A stretch of DNA of 40,000 nucleotides from Candidatus Pelagibacterales bacterium (GTDB lineage: Bacteria; Pseudomonadota; Alphaproteobacteria; Pelagibacterales; Pelagibacteraceae): positions 7,759-47,758 of the forward strand of contig CBDEAT010000003.1 of NCBI GenBank assembly GCA_965236175.1. Reading direction: 5' to 3'. How positions within the stretch are numbered: position 1 is the first letter of the stretch; each line of letters starts with the position of its first letter. A model generated the notes under the pieces. The model made no database searches and was not told where the DNA came from. It was given only the letters and a program-made list of their open reading frames with translations. Below are positions 22,886 to 34,089 of the stretch, piece after piece. The translations under genes were made by a program, and so were the position numbers.

Positions 22886-24983
22886 TCAATTAATAGAATG
22901 TTTTTCTAAATAAATCTTCTTCATATCTAATAACATCTGATAAAAATTTTCTGAAAATAACTTGGTGTTAAACAAGTTAGATTGTCTGCAGTTTAATAAT
23001 AGATTTTTTCTCAAATTTAATAAAATCTCTTTATCATTTGCGATTTGAACAGCTTTATTAATATAATCCTGCTCATTTTCTGCGATCATTTCTCTCATAT
23101 TAAGATTTATATTGATACTCTCTCCACATCGAGAAAGAAATGTTTTTCCTTTTTTAGTTAATAAAGGACACCCCATCCATGAAGCTTCAAAGCTAGTGGA
23201 GCCTCCATTATAAGGGAAAGGATCAAGAGCAATATCAACGTCATTATACATTTCTAATAAATCTTTTCTTTCCAAAAAGTCTTTTAAAATTATTTGATCC
23301 TCGCTTACACCAAATTTTGAAAAATCATTAATAATACTTTGTTTAATCTCTGGTGAATCAATTCCATTATAAATTAAAAGAATTTTAGAATTATTAATAC
23401 TATTTAAAATACTAGACCAAGTTTTTATTAAATTATTATTATATTTTAAATAATTATTAAAAGAACCGAATGTTACAAATCCTCTTCTTTCAAATGGTGC
23501 TATCTTTTTAATTTCAGTCATAAAATTAGGTGGACTATAACAATTCCAAATATTCGGCATTTTCCATAAATTTTCTGTAAAAAATTCCTCAATACCTTCA
23601 GAACAAATTATTCTATCCGATATTAAATAATCCATATTAGAAAGCCCCGTCGATGCAAGATATCCAATCCAAGCAACCTGTATGGGTGCAAGTCTATTTT
23701 CAAAAAGAGGCAAAATATTATTTTTGGTATGTCCTGATAAATCAAACAAAATATCAATTTTATCATTTCTAATTAAATTTATAATATCTTCTGATCTTCT
23801 TCCAGCAATTGTGTCCCATTTAAGAAAATATTTTTTAATAATCTTAGTTAGTTCTGTTTCAGAAAAAGAAGTTGAGTAAGCAAATAAATTTACTTTGTCT
23901 TTTAACTCTACTAAAGTTTTTTCTAAAAAGTATCCAACTGGATGATCGGCAAAATCGCCAGACACAAAACCTATGTTTAATTTTTCCTGACTATTTGTAA
24001 TAATTTTAACCGAGCTATCTAAGTTAAATTTTTGTATATTAGAACCAAAATTATTTAAAGTTTTGATATATTTGTCTTTAGAAGATTGCTCTAAATAATT
24101 ATAAGTAAATAATAAATTAGAATAAGAATCAGAATAATCTTGCTTTATAGCTAAAGATTTTTCAAAAAATACTACTGCATTATTATAGTCTCTGACCCTC
24201 ATATAATAAGATCCAATTGCTCTCAAAATTTTATAATTATTATTATTTTTATTAAATTTTTTATCTAATTCTAATGCTTGAAATAAATTTTCTTTTGCAT
24301 CGCTGTATTCATGAAGTTGGGCATGTGCATCTCCTAAATCCCAATAGGCCTCTGAATATTTTGGATTAACAACTATAGATGTATTTAATGAAATTTTTGC
24401 CTTATCAAAATCACCTGCAATCTTATAGGCCCTTCCTAAGTTTCTATGCAAATAATCTATTTGTGGGGCAATTTTGATTGCAGAAGAAAAATTATGAATT
24501 GCGAGATTAATATCTCCAAAATAGTCTAAATATATTTTCCCAAGATTATTATAAGCCTCTACATTAACATTATTAACCTCGAGAGACTCATTATAAAATT
24601 TAATTGCAAGGTTAATGTCTTCGATTTTGAGATAAACTAAAGCAATTTTATTTAATAAAAAATAATTTTTCTTATTAATAATATTTGCCTGCAAATAATA
24701 CTCGAGAGCTTTATTAAAATTTAATAATTTTTGGTTTAAAATTCCTAAATTGTAATACGCTTCAAAAGAATTAGATTTATAGTCTAAAATTTTTTTAAAA
24801 ATTTTTTCTGCTTCTAAATATTTTTCTGTTTCTAAAAATATTATTCCTAAAATATTTAAAAAATCAACATTAGTAGGCTGCTCTAAAATAAGTTGATCAA
24901 TAATAAATTTTGCATCATTAAAATTTTTTTTTTTTTAAAAAAAAGGATATTTTTTCTATTCTATCTTTAGAATTATTGATCAT
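22886..24983 (-). CDS. TPR-repeat / SPINDLY-type glycosyltransferase (GT41-like), one frameshift at a T8A13 tract near 24930
   Basis: Multiple TPRs (YYLQANIINKKN..., AYNNLGKIYLDYFGDINLAI...), then [63 protein letters not shown]. Upstream MINNSKDRIEKISFFLKKKNFNDAKFI... joins after removing 1 A. Confidence 0.9.
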
Positions 24984-25743
24984 TTATAATCTAATAGCTA
25001 TTCCTTTTTCTGAAAGATAATTTTTAGCATCTTTAATAGAAAAATCTCCATAATGAAAAATCGAAGCCGCTAAAACTGCACTTGCTAAGCCTGTTTTAAA
25101 TCCTTCATATAAATGATCAAGACTACCAACTCCCCCAGATGCTATAACTGGTATAGAAACTAAACTTGCAATAGCTCTGGTTAATTCAAGATCATAACCT
25201 GTTTTTGTTCCATCTTTATCCATAGATGTAAGGAGAATTTCTCCGGCACCATTTTTTTCGATAATTTTTGCATACTCTATAGCATCAATTCCTGTGGAAT
25301 TTCTTCCGCCATGCGTAAATACTTCCCATTTATTATTTGCTATTTTTTTTGCATCTATTGCAATTACTATACATTGTGACCCAAATCTAATTGAGCTCTC
25401 TCTAATAAAATTATGAGTTTTTTACTGCTGCAGTATTAATTGAAACTTTATCCGCGCCCGCTATCAAAAGATTTTTAATATCATCGATGCTGCTAACTCC
25501 TCCACCCACAGTTAAAGGAACAAAACAACTTTTTGCTGTCTCGCTTACTTTGTTTAATAAGATTTTTCTATTTTCATTTGATGCTGTGATGTCCAAAAAA
25601 CATATTTCATCAGCGCCACCTTTATCGTATATTTTTGCTTGCTCTACTGGATCGCCAGCGTCTTTTAAATTTACAAAATTAATACCTTTTACAACCCTAC
25701 CATCTTTAACGTCAAGACAGGGTATAATCCTTTTTTTTAACAT
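24984..25743 (-). CDS. hisF: Imidazole glycerol phosphate synthase subunit HisF, one frameshift near 25420
   Basis: [23 protein letters not shown]; [14 protein letters not shown]; [11 protein letters not shown]|HNFIRESS; [16 protein letters not shown]; [11 protein letters not shown]. Confidence 0.95.
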
Positions 25744-25753
25744 AATAATAATA

Positions 25754-27810
25754 TCACTGATTATTATTTAAAATATCTCGAAGTAAAAAGATAAAATCAT
25801 CTACAAATAATTTTTTTGAAAATATTTTATTATTACTTCTATTTATTTTTAAAAAATTTTGTATTTCTTGTAATTTATTTATTTTGTAATTTATTATATA
25901 ACTTTATTAACATACTCTGTTTCATCAACGCAATTCCATTCCTTGAGATCTAAATTAATATTAATACTTGCGCCCGTCCTAGATACAAAGCTGTCTCCAA
26001 TTTTTGTAAGGATAGGAGTGCACATCCAAGCACATTCTAAACTTGTTGTCATTCCATTGTATGGGAAAGGATCAAGAGCTATATCAATATCATTGTAAGC
26101 TTTTAACAAAGACTCTCTTTTGTCTTCATAAGACCCGATAATAATTCTATCTTTAGAAACAAAATTATTAGAAAACAATTCTTTAATTCTTTTTTGAACC
26201 TCTGAATCATTAAATTGTTGAGCTCTTAAATATAATTTTGAACTAGGTAATTTTGTTAAAATTTCTGACCACAATCTAATTACATCTGGGTTAATTTTGG
26301 CCAAGTTATTAAATGAACCAAATGTTACAAAGTCATTTTTTAATGATGGAATTTCCAATATACTAATTTCTTTTTCTATTGCAGAAAATGGAGTCCAAAT
26401 ATCGCGCAACCTAACTATTTTCTCTAAATAATTTTGTTCTTCGTGTTTTGGAATAACATGGGGATCTGCAACTAAAAAATCTATATTATTTAAACCGAGA
26501 GAAGCCAAATAACCAATCCAGCTTAGTTGAAATTTGGCGCTTCTATAATTAAAAATAGATACTCGGCTTCCTTTTGTGAATCCGGACAAATCAATTAAAA
26601 AATGCAAATTATCTTTTCTTATAAAATTTATTAATTCATAATCATTTTTACTGGCAATATTATTCCATACATAAAAATATTCTTTTAGTTTAAACGTCAT
26701 ATCGTCTTCATCTTGACGATTGCTGTAAGCAAAAATCTTAATATCTTTTCTGTTTCCTAACTCTTTAAAAAAATCAGATAAACAGAAGCTAACCGCATGA
26801 TTTCTAAAGTCTGCTGATATAAAACCGATTCTTAATTCATTTTTATTTAAATCTTCAGAATTATCCGATTTAAAATCTTGGAGATCTTGTTTATTAACTA
26901 AAGACTGAAATCTTTTTAAAAGAGAAAAATATTCATCCCTCTCGAAATCTTTTATATACAAAGAAGATAATGGCAGACTAAAAATATCACTCGCATCACA
27001 TCTAGAAAAATCAATCTTAAAATAAAGATCCATCCATTTTTCATGTTGCAAAGTATTTAAATATATCTTCATAAGTAATATTAATGACTCATTGTTTAAA
27101 GGTTGAATTTGCAAAGATTTTTTTACGCTTTCAAGCGCATTAAAATAAGAGGACTGCCTATCTAAGATTGAGGCCTGAATACGATATGCTAAAGATGATC
27201 TGGGATTTAAACTAATTGCAATTTCAATCATTTTTTCAGCGGAAGTATGTTTACCGATGTCCAAATAACAGATAGCCAAATTAAGATAGGATTCATAAGA
27301 ACCTATGTCTAAATTAATAGCTTTATTAAAAAACTTGATAGCCTGATCAAAATTATTTAATTTTTGATAAGCCAAACAATATTATTATATAATTTATGAT
27401 CATTAGGACTTAATAAAATAGACTTGTTTAATGCTTGAATCGCTTCTTCATATTTCTTTAATGACATAAGCGCCTGACTTAAAGCAATATATCCCTCAAG
27501 ATAATCTGAATTAATTTTAATAGTTTTTTCAAAACATTTTGTTGCTTCTGAATAATCGTTCTTTTCTAGATAAATTAAACCTAAATTATAATATGCGTTA
27601 AAAAAATTAGGATCTTTTGATGGCACATATGGCAATTAAATTAGCTTTTTCACTATCTAATTTTGATAAAATTACCCCATAAATATTGTCTAGTATTGGT
27701 AAATTCGGATTTTTATTAATTAACTCTAAAATTAATTTTTCTGAATCAATAAAATTATTTTCTTCGAATAATGTGATTACTCTTTTTATTTCATCGTCAA
27801 TTTTTTGCAT
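25754..27810 (-). CDS. Second TPR-repeat / SPINDLY-type glycosyltransferase (GT41-like), three apparent frameshifts
   Basis: Pieces 27607-27810, 27357-27635, 25894-27375 plus C-term [46 protein letters not shown]. Motifs [62 protein letters not shown]. Confidence 0.88.
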
Positions 27811-27816
27811 AAAAAA

Positions 27817-28545
27817 TTAATGTGAAATTTTTATAAGATCCCGAATCTTTATTGATCCATCATAAATAGCTCTTCCAAGAATTATTCCATGTAATTTTTT
27901 GAGTGCAGATATTTGATTAACATCTTCTATGCTAGAAAATCCACCTGAAGCTATTAAAGGAATTTTAACTTTATTTATAATTTTTTTAATTTGAGAAATA
28001 TTAACTCCTGTCTTGGTTCCGTCTCTATTAATGTCTGTATAAATAATCTTACTAACTCCTAAGCCTTCTAGTTTTTTAGAAAAATCCATAAGTTTTATTT
28101 TTGTTTGCTTAACCCAGCCTTTAATGGCTAAAAAATTATTTCTAACATCAAGTGCAACAGCTATTCTTCCAGGAAATAAATCACATGCTTTTTTTAAAAT
28201 TTTTGGGTTTTTTACAGCCATAGTTCCAACAACTACCGTTGAAACTCCATTTTTAATCCAAAAAGATATTTGTTTTAAAGTTCTAATGCCTCCACCTAAT
28301 TGTACATTTAAATTAGTATTCTTAATGATTTTAATTATAACTTTTTTATTCTTAGACCTTCCTTTTAAGGCACCATCAAGATCCACAAGATGTAAATCTG
28401 TAAAACCTTTCTTCTTAAATTGAAGGGCTTGATTATATGGAGAAGAGTTAAAAATAGTAGTTTTATTAAAATCTCCTTTATAAAGTCTTACACACTTTCC
28501 GTCTTTTAGATCTATTGCTGGAAATATAATCATTATAAATTCCAA
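27817..28545 (-). CDS. hisA: 1-(5-phosphoribosyl)-5-[(5-phosphoribosylamino)methylideneamino]imidazole-4-carboxamide isomerase
   Basis: IIFPAIDLKDGKCVRLYKGDF; LHLVDLDGA; LGGGIRT; DINRDGTKTGVN; IASGGFSS. Confidence 0.96.
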   Translation of the reverse strand: MEFIMIIFPAIDLKDGKCVRLYKGDFNKTTIFNSSPYNQALQFKKKGFTDLHLVDLDGALKGRSKNKKVIIKIIKNTNLNVQLGGGIRTLKQISFWIKNGVSTVVVGTMAVKNPKILKKACDLFPGRIAVALDVRNNFLAIKGWVKQTKIKLMDFSKKLEGLGVSKIIYTDINRDGTKTGVNISQIKKIINKVKIPLIASGGFSSIEDVNQISALKKLHGIILGRAIYDGSIKIRDLIKISH

Positions 28546-29174
28546 TTCAAAAAGTTAGACAATAACTTAATTCCATTTTCCTGACTCTTTTCAGGGTGAA
28601 ACTGGGTACCAAAAATATTTTCTTTTAAAAGAGCAACAACGACTGGCTTCTCATAATCTGTTGTGCAGATAACATCATTAATATTTTCCGGTTCAAATGC
28701 ATAACTGTGCACAAAATAAAAATGAGATAAATTTTTAATGTCTAAAAATAAATCATTTTTTTTAACAATGTTAACTTCATTCCAGCCCATGTGGGGTAAT
28801 TTTAAATCTTTGTTATTAAGTTTTATCTTTTTTACAGAACCTTTGATCCAGCCAAATCCTTTGGTAACCTCTTCTTCAAACCCTTGATCTGAAAAAAGCT
28901 GCATGCCAACACAAATTCCAAAAATTGGTTTTTTTTTAATTAGAACAGATTCGTTAATAGAATCCCATAATCCAGATATATTTTTTACTCCTAAAGCACA
29001 CTGTCTATAAGAGCCCTGGCCAGGCAATATAATTTTATCTGAATCCAAGATATCTTTGGGCTTATTAGATATTCTTATATTGATTTTTTTATTAATTTTT
29101 GTAGCTGCAGCTTCTAAGGCTTTAGAAACGGAATTAAGATTTCCAGTTCCATAATCAACGATTGATACATACAT
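28533..29174 (-). CDS. hisH: Imidazole glycerol phosphate synthase subunit HisH
   Basis: VDYGTGNLNSVSKAL; LPGQGSY; GICVGMQLF; GTQFHPEKSQ. Confidence 0.96.
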   Translation of the reverse strand: MYVSIVDYGTGNLNSVSKALEAAATKINKKINIRISNKPKDILDSDKIILPGQGSYRQCALGVKNISGLWDSINESVLIKKKPIFGICVGMQLFSDQGFEEEVTKGFGWIKGSVKKIKLNNKDLKLPHMGWNEVNIVKKNDLFLDIKNLSHFYFVHSYAFEPENINDVICTTDYEKPVVVALLKENIFGTQFHPEKSQENGIKLLSNFLNWNL

Positions 29175-29185
29175 TTAAAAAATCT

Positions 29186-29785
29186 TTAAAGTATTCCTTT
29201 AGTGGAAGGCAAAGAATCTCCGGCCCTTGCATCTTTTTCTAATGCAAGACGTAAAGCCCTCGCTAATCCCTTAAAACAAGATTCGATAATGTGGTGGCTA
29301 TTATCACCATAAATATTTTCTATGTGCAAAGTAATGCCCGCGCTTTGTGAAAAAGCCTGAAACCACTCTTTAAATAGTTCAGTATCCATTTCTCCAAGCT
29401 TTTCTACTTTTAATTTCACATTCCAAACTAAATAGGGTCTATTTGATATATCAAGAGAAACTCTGCTTAATGTTTCATCCATTGGAATATAAGCATGCGC
29501 ATATCTTTTGATACCTTTCTTATCTCCCAAAGCCTTAGCAATAGCCTCTCCTATAACAATTCCTGAATCTTCTGTTGTGTGGTGAAGATCAATATGCAAA
29601 TCGCCTTTGGCTTTTAAATTTATATCTACCAAAGAATGCTTTGATAGCTGCTCAAGCATGTGATTTAAAAAACCAATTCCCGTATCTATTTTATAAATAC
29701 CTTTGCCATCTAAATTAACTTCTGCCTCTATAGATGTCTCTTTGGTTTTTCTATTAACTTTTGCGATCCTCATATGAATTAACAA
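29186..29785 (-). CDS. hisB: Imidazoleglycerol-phosphate dehydratase
   Basis: [17 protein letters not shown]; [20 protein letters not shown]; [19 protein letters not shown]. Confidence 0.97.
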   Translation of the reverse strand: MLIHMRIAKVNRKTKETSIEAEVNLDGKGIYKIDTGIGFLNHMLEQLSKHSLVDINLKAKGDLHIDLHHTTEDSGIVIGEAIAKALGDKKGIKRYAHAYIPMDETLSRVSLDISNRPYLVWNVKLKVEKLGEMDTELFKEWFQAFSQSAGITLHIENIYGDNSHHIIESCFKGLARALRLALEKDARAGDSLPSTKGIL

Positions 29786-29847
29786 TCTATATATAGAAAA
29801 ACTAACCTTATCAATAAATTAGCTTTAATGGTGAAATAAATACTATT

Positions 29848-30300
29848 CTATAATCTTTTTTTTAATCTTAATAAAAAAGCTCCAGATCCACCTAAACTTT
29901 GGTCTGGCTCTTCCATAGAATTAATAATATCCGAAAAATTATCTTTGATAAAATTTGGAACTGCATACTTTAATAAGCTTAAATCTTCTGACAAATAAGG
30001 ATTCTCTTTAACCTTAGATCTTAGTCCTTTGCCTGTAATAATTAAAATATTTCTTAAATCTTTTTGATAACAATTTTCTATAACTCCTTTTATCTTCTGA
30101 AAAGAATCTTGCAATGAGTAACCATGTAAATCTATTTTAAAATCAATATGATCTTGCTTTTTATTTCCTTTTATAGATTTTTTAGATATTTCGCCTTTAT
30201 CGCCATCTAAAAATTTTTGGTTCTTAAAATCTTCCCAAGCTTTTATATCTTCTGGATTTGTAGAATTTTTATTATTCTTTGGCATGCACATCCTGTGCAA
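29848..30300 (-). CDS. Smr-domain protein
   Basis: IDLHGYSLQDSF...ILIITGKGLRS; C-term GGSGAFLLRLKK. Confidence 0.9.
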   Translation of the reverse strand: MHRMCMPKNNKNSTNPEDIKAWEDFKNQKFLDGDKGEISKKSIKGNKKQDHIDFKIDLHGYSLQDSFQKIKGVIENCYQKDLRNILIITGKGLRSKVKENPYLSEDLSLLKYAVPNFIKDNFSDIINSMEEPDQSLGGSGAFLLRLKKRL

Positions 30301-30886
30301 TTTCAGTTAAATGCCACGTAGGATCATCAGAATTTAAATCTCTCGAAAAACTCCAAACATCATTAACTGTTTGAATCTCTTCAGGGCTACCTTCGATAAC
30401 ATTATTGTTGGCATCTTTAATGCAGGATATAATTTCACTCACAAATCTAGTTTTCACAGTATAAAAACTGTCTTTCTTATCTACATTCTCTATTTTTGCT
30501 TTCTTAATTCCTATAAATGTAAATTGATTAACATATTTTTTATTTTTTCTTTCATCAAGAACACCAACGAAACTTTTATAAACTTCAGGAGAAGTTAGAT
30601 CTTTTAAAGTCTTTTTGTCTGCAGCTGCAAATGCATTAACGATCATCTCATAAGCTGCTTGGGCGCCTTTTAAAAATGTCTCCTCTTTAAATTCTCTTAA
30701 ATTAATATTTTCTTCAACTGTAGATGACTTAACATCTTCAAATTGAGCATCTACTATCACTGATTTTTTTGCTCTAACGGCACTATCCTCGGCTCCTTTG
30801 CCAAGAACATTTCTAAGTCTTAAAATAATTATACCCGCTACTATTGCAAGCAATACAATGTCTATATAGCCAAAATTATCATTCAT
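30272..30886 (-). CDS. Tim44-like domain protein (TimA-type)
   Basis: Short N-terminal TM (IDIVLLAIVAGIIILRL), FLKGAQAAYEMIVNAFAAADKKTLKDLTSPEVYKSF, VWSFSRDLNSDDPTWHLTEI. Confidence 0.88.
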   Translation of the reverse strand: MNDNFGYIDIVLLAIVAGIIILRLRNVLGKGAEDSAVRAKKSVIVDAQFEDVKSSTVEENINLREFKEETFLKGAQAAYEMIVNAFAAADKKTLKDLTSPEVYKSFVGVLDERKNKKYVNQFTFIGIKKAKIENVDKKDSFYTVKTRFVSEIISCIKDANNNVIEGSPEEIQTVNDVWSFSRDLNSDDPTWHLTEIAQDVHAKE

Positions 30887-31001
30887 TTAAGGGTATTTTA
30901 GATTAAATAGTTAAAAATTAATACATCTAAATTTAGATCGAATTAAATGATATTTAATATAAAAAAATATATTTAAATAATACAAAAATTCATATTTTAA
31001 A

Positions 31002-31461
31002 ATGGAAGAAAAAAATAAAGAAAATTCTAAATACCAAATCATTGCAAACTACGTAAAAGATTTGTCTTTTGAAATTCCATCTCCAGATTGCTTTGTAGAT
31101 GCCGCACAAAATCTTGGAAAATATGAAACAAAAGTTGATATTTCTAACAAACCACTAAAAAATGGGATGTTAGAACTAAATTGTAAAACTTATTTTTGAA
31201 GCACCAAAAGAAGTACAAAATAAAATTCATGCCGAAGCATGTCTTGCTGTAGTATTTAAAATTACAGACACAGAATTAAAAGCAGAAGAAGTTAAAAGGA
31301 TTATTCTTGCAGAAATACCTGATTTATATGCAAAAAAACTAACAGATCTTATTACTGAATTATTTCAAAAATCAGGATTTAAAGAATTTAAATTTAAGAA
31401 AGAAATTAACTTTAAAGAACTATACGAACAACAGTCTGCTAATCTAACGCAAAAGCATTAG
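31002..31461 (+). CDS. secB: Protein-export chaperone SecB, one frameshift near 31190
   Basis: YQIIANYVKDLSFEIPS; downstream frame FEAPKEVQNKIHAEACLAVVFKITD...; divergent from Tim44 gene as in other alphaproteobacteria. Confidence 0.85.
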
Positions 31462-32110
31462 AAACATTCTTTTTTAAAAATTTCTTATATTCTTCCATTT
31501 GTTCTGGTGAAACTTTAACAACGACACCTTCTCTGTTCTCATTACTCAGCTTCATTTTTTCGTTAAAAATTTTATCATTAGACATTAGATCAAGCGTTAA
31601 TTCCTTTTTATCAATTAATTCGATGTAAACTTTTGAAAGTAAATGACAGTCCAAAAGCGCAGAATGCTTTTCTCTAGCCTCAATACTAATTTTAAATCTC
31701 TTGCACAGAGCGTCTAAACTATTACCAACTCCTGGAAATTTAGATCTAGCAATCTGAAGGGTGTCTAATATATCAGATTTTAGAATTGGTTTTATATTTA
31801 GTCTTTTTAATTCATTATTTAAAAATCCAAGATCAAAATCTGCATTATGAATAATAAGTTTTTTATCTTTAATAAAATTAAGGAAATCTTTTGCAACATC
31901 TTTAAATTTTGGTTTGTTTGATAAAAATTCATCAGAATAACCATGAACACTAAAGGCATCTGCTGATACCTTGGTCTCAGGATTTAAAAAGGTATGAAAA
32001 ATATTTTTTGTGGGGATATGATTATTTAATTCCACACAAGCAATCTCAACAATTCTATCTTTCTCTGCTGACAGCCCTGTCGTCTCTGTATCTAAAATAA
32101 CTTCGATCAT
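31439..32110 (-). CDS. dnaQ: DNA polymerase III epsilon subunit (3'-5' exonuclease)
   Basis: VILDTETTGLSAEKDRIVEIACVEL; VHGYSDEFL; HNADFDLGFLN; EKHSALLDCHLLSKVY. Confidence 0.96.
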   Translation of the reverse strand: MIEVILDTETTGLSAEKDRIVEIACVELNNHIPTKNIFHTFLNPETKVSADAFSVHGYSDEFLSNKPKFKDVAKDFLNFIKDKKLIIHNADFDLGFLNNELKRLNIKPILKSDILDTLQIARSKFPGVGNSLDALCKRFKISIEAREKHSALLDCHLLSKVYIELIDKKELTLDLMSNDKIFNEKMKLSNENREGVVVKVSPEQMEEYKKFLKKNVSNAFALD

Positions 32111-32691
32111 TAATTTAAAAGAATCTTACCAATAATATTTTTTACCTGCAATTTAACTTTATTTTTAGAACTATTATAAATTATGAAATCCGCATAGTTT
32201 TCTTTGATCTTTTCGTTTGCTTGTTGTTTTTTTAATATATTTAAAAACTGTTTATCTAGATTCTTTCTTTTTTTTATTCTGCTTAAAAAAGATCTAGACC
32301 TAGTTTTAACAAGAATAAGAATATCAACAAAATTGAACATTTTATTCTCCACTAAAAGCGGAACATCTAAAACAACTAATTTCTTTTTTTTAAACCTAGA
32401 TAAAAAAAGGACTAATTTCTTTCTAACTATTGGATGAATAATCTTGTTCAAAAATCTAAATTTATTTGGATTTTTTTTAAGAGAATCCCTAAGCTCCTGT
32501 TTATTTATTTTGCCTTTATAAATTTTTAACTTAAAGAATTTTGAAATCTTTTTATTTACAATCTTATTGTTCTTATAAATATTAGCAACTTCATTATCTG
32601 CTGAAAAAATATTAAAACCTAGTTCTTTAAAAATATTTGCAACAAAAGATTTGCCACTTCCAACCGATCCTAAAATGCCTACTCTAACCAT
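32110..32691 (-). CDS. coaE: Dephospho-CoA kinase
   Basis: VGILGSVGSGKSFVANIFKELGFNIFSAD; VVLDVPLLVE. Confidence 0.94.
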   Translation of the reverse strand: MVRVGILGSVGSGKSFVANIFKELGFNIFSADNEVANIYKNNKIVNKKISKFFKLKIYKGKINKQELRDSLKKNPNKFRFLNKIIHPIVRKKLVLFLSRFKKKKLVVLDVPLLVENKMFNFVDILILVKTRSRSFLSRIKKRKNLDKQFLNILKKQQANEKIKENYADFIIYNSSKNKVKLQVKNIIGKILLN

Positions 32692-33511
32692 TAATTTTTT
32701 TTCTAAGTTTTTTATAAATATCTTTTGTTATTTTTGGATTTTTCTTATTCCAAATATAAAAAGCCTTCTGCGCTTGATAAACAAACATATCTAAACCTGT
32801 AAAGATTTTATGGCCGTTCTTTCTTGCGTCCTTTAAAAACCTCGTATTTTCTGGGTTATAAACAATATCCACGACATTAATTTTCTTATCAAAAATGCTA
32901 AAATCAAACTTCAGATCCTTCTGACCAACCATGCCAAGGCTTGTAACATTAATTAAAATTTGGACGTCTCCAAATACTTTATACCGATCATTCCATTTGA
33001 TTGGATAAATAACCTTTTTAAATTTTTTCTTAAATACTTTTAGCTTAGAAAAAGTTCTATTAGTTATATATATTTTTTTCACTCCTTTTTGAATTAAAGC
33101 AAGAATAATAGAAGAGGTAACACCTCCGGCTCCAATAATTCCCGCTGTCTTAATTCTGGTTTTAACTTTCCTCAAGATGCCGTAAGAAAAACCATAAACA
33201 TCAGTATTATCACCAACCAATTTTTTTTTATTTAAATACACCGTATTTACTGATGAAGTTCTTAGCGCATCTCCCTTTAAAATATCCAAATGTCTAATAA
33301 CGCTTCCTTTAAAGGGGATGGTTACGTTAATTCCCTCTATCTCTCTTTTTCTAACTTTATTTAAAATTTTTTTTATTGCGGCTTGGGTAGTTTTTAATTT
33401 TTTATATTCACAATTAATTTTATTTTTGCGAAACCAATAATTATGCAAAAGGGGAGATAAAGAATGTTTAATGGGGTTTCCAATAACTAAAAAGTTTTTT
33501 TTATTTTTCAT
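32684..33511 (-). CDS. aroE: Shikimate dehydrogenase
   Basis: VIGNPIKHSLSPLLHNYWF; GINVTIPFK; GDNTDVYGF; GIIGAGGVTSSI. Confidence 0.96.
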   Translation of the reverse strand: MKNKKNFLVIGNPIKHSLSPLLHNYWFRKNKINCEYKKLKTTQAAIKKILNKVRKREIEGINVTIPFKGSVIRHLDILKGDALRTSSVNTVYLNKKKLVGDNTDVYGFSYGILRKVKTRIKTAGIIGAGGVTSSIILALIQKGVKKIYITNRTFSKLKVFKKKFKKVIYPIKWNDRYKVFGDVQILINVTSLGMVGQKDLKFDFSIFDKKINVVDIVYNPENTRFLKDARKNGHKIFTGLDMFVYQAQKAFYIWNKKNPKITKDIYKKLRKKING

Positions 33512-34089
33512 TTAATTTATAATAGTTATTTAATTGTTTAATTGGCATTCCCATTACAGAGTATTCATCTCCCTTTATTTCTTCAAATAAATCTTTGCCC
33601 ATTCCTTCTATTTGATAAACACCATATTTCTTGATGGTTTCTAAGCCCTACTTTTTGTAAATAATCTTTAATAAAATTATCCGAAAACTGCTTCATTTTT
33701 AAAACAACCTGTTCTGTGTGCATCCAAATAGTCGAACCATTTTTACTCAAACAAATAGAGCTAAACAAAGAATGTTCTTTGCCATTTAATCTTTGCATCA
33801 AGTTCATAGCTAATTCCATGGTTTCTGGTTTGTTAAATATATTGCCTCCAAAATCCAAAACTTGATCAGCGCCGAGGACAATCTCGTTATATATTTTGCT
33901 GCTTATTTTTTTTGCTTTTGTTTCCGCTAGGGCCCTTGAAATATCAAATGAACTGAATTTCTCTGCCAATAAAGAATTTTTTATTTCATCCTCGTCTATG
34001 TTGGCCGCCTCTACTTTAACATTAAAACCAAAATCATTTAATATTTTTAGCCTTATCCCGCTAGCGGATGCTAAAATTATATTTCTCAT
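33501..34089 (-). CDS. maf: Maf-like nucleotide pyrophosphatase, one frameshift near 33640
   Basis: IILASASGIRLKILNDFG; GADQVLDFGG; corrected C-term VGLETIKKYGVYQIEGMGKDLFEEIKGDEYSVMGMPIKQLNNYYKLNEK*. Confidence 0.92.
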
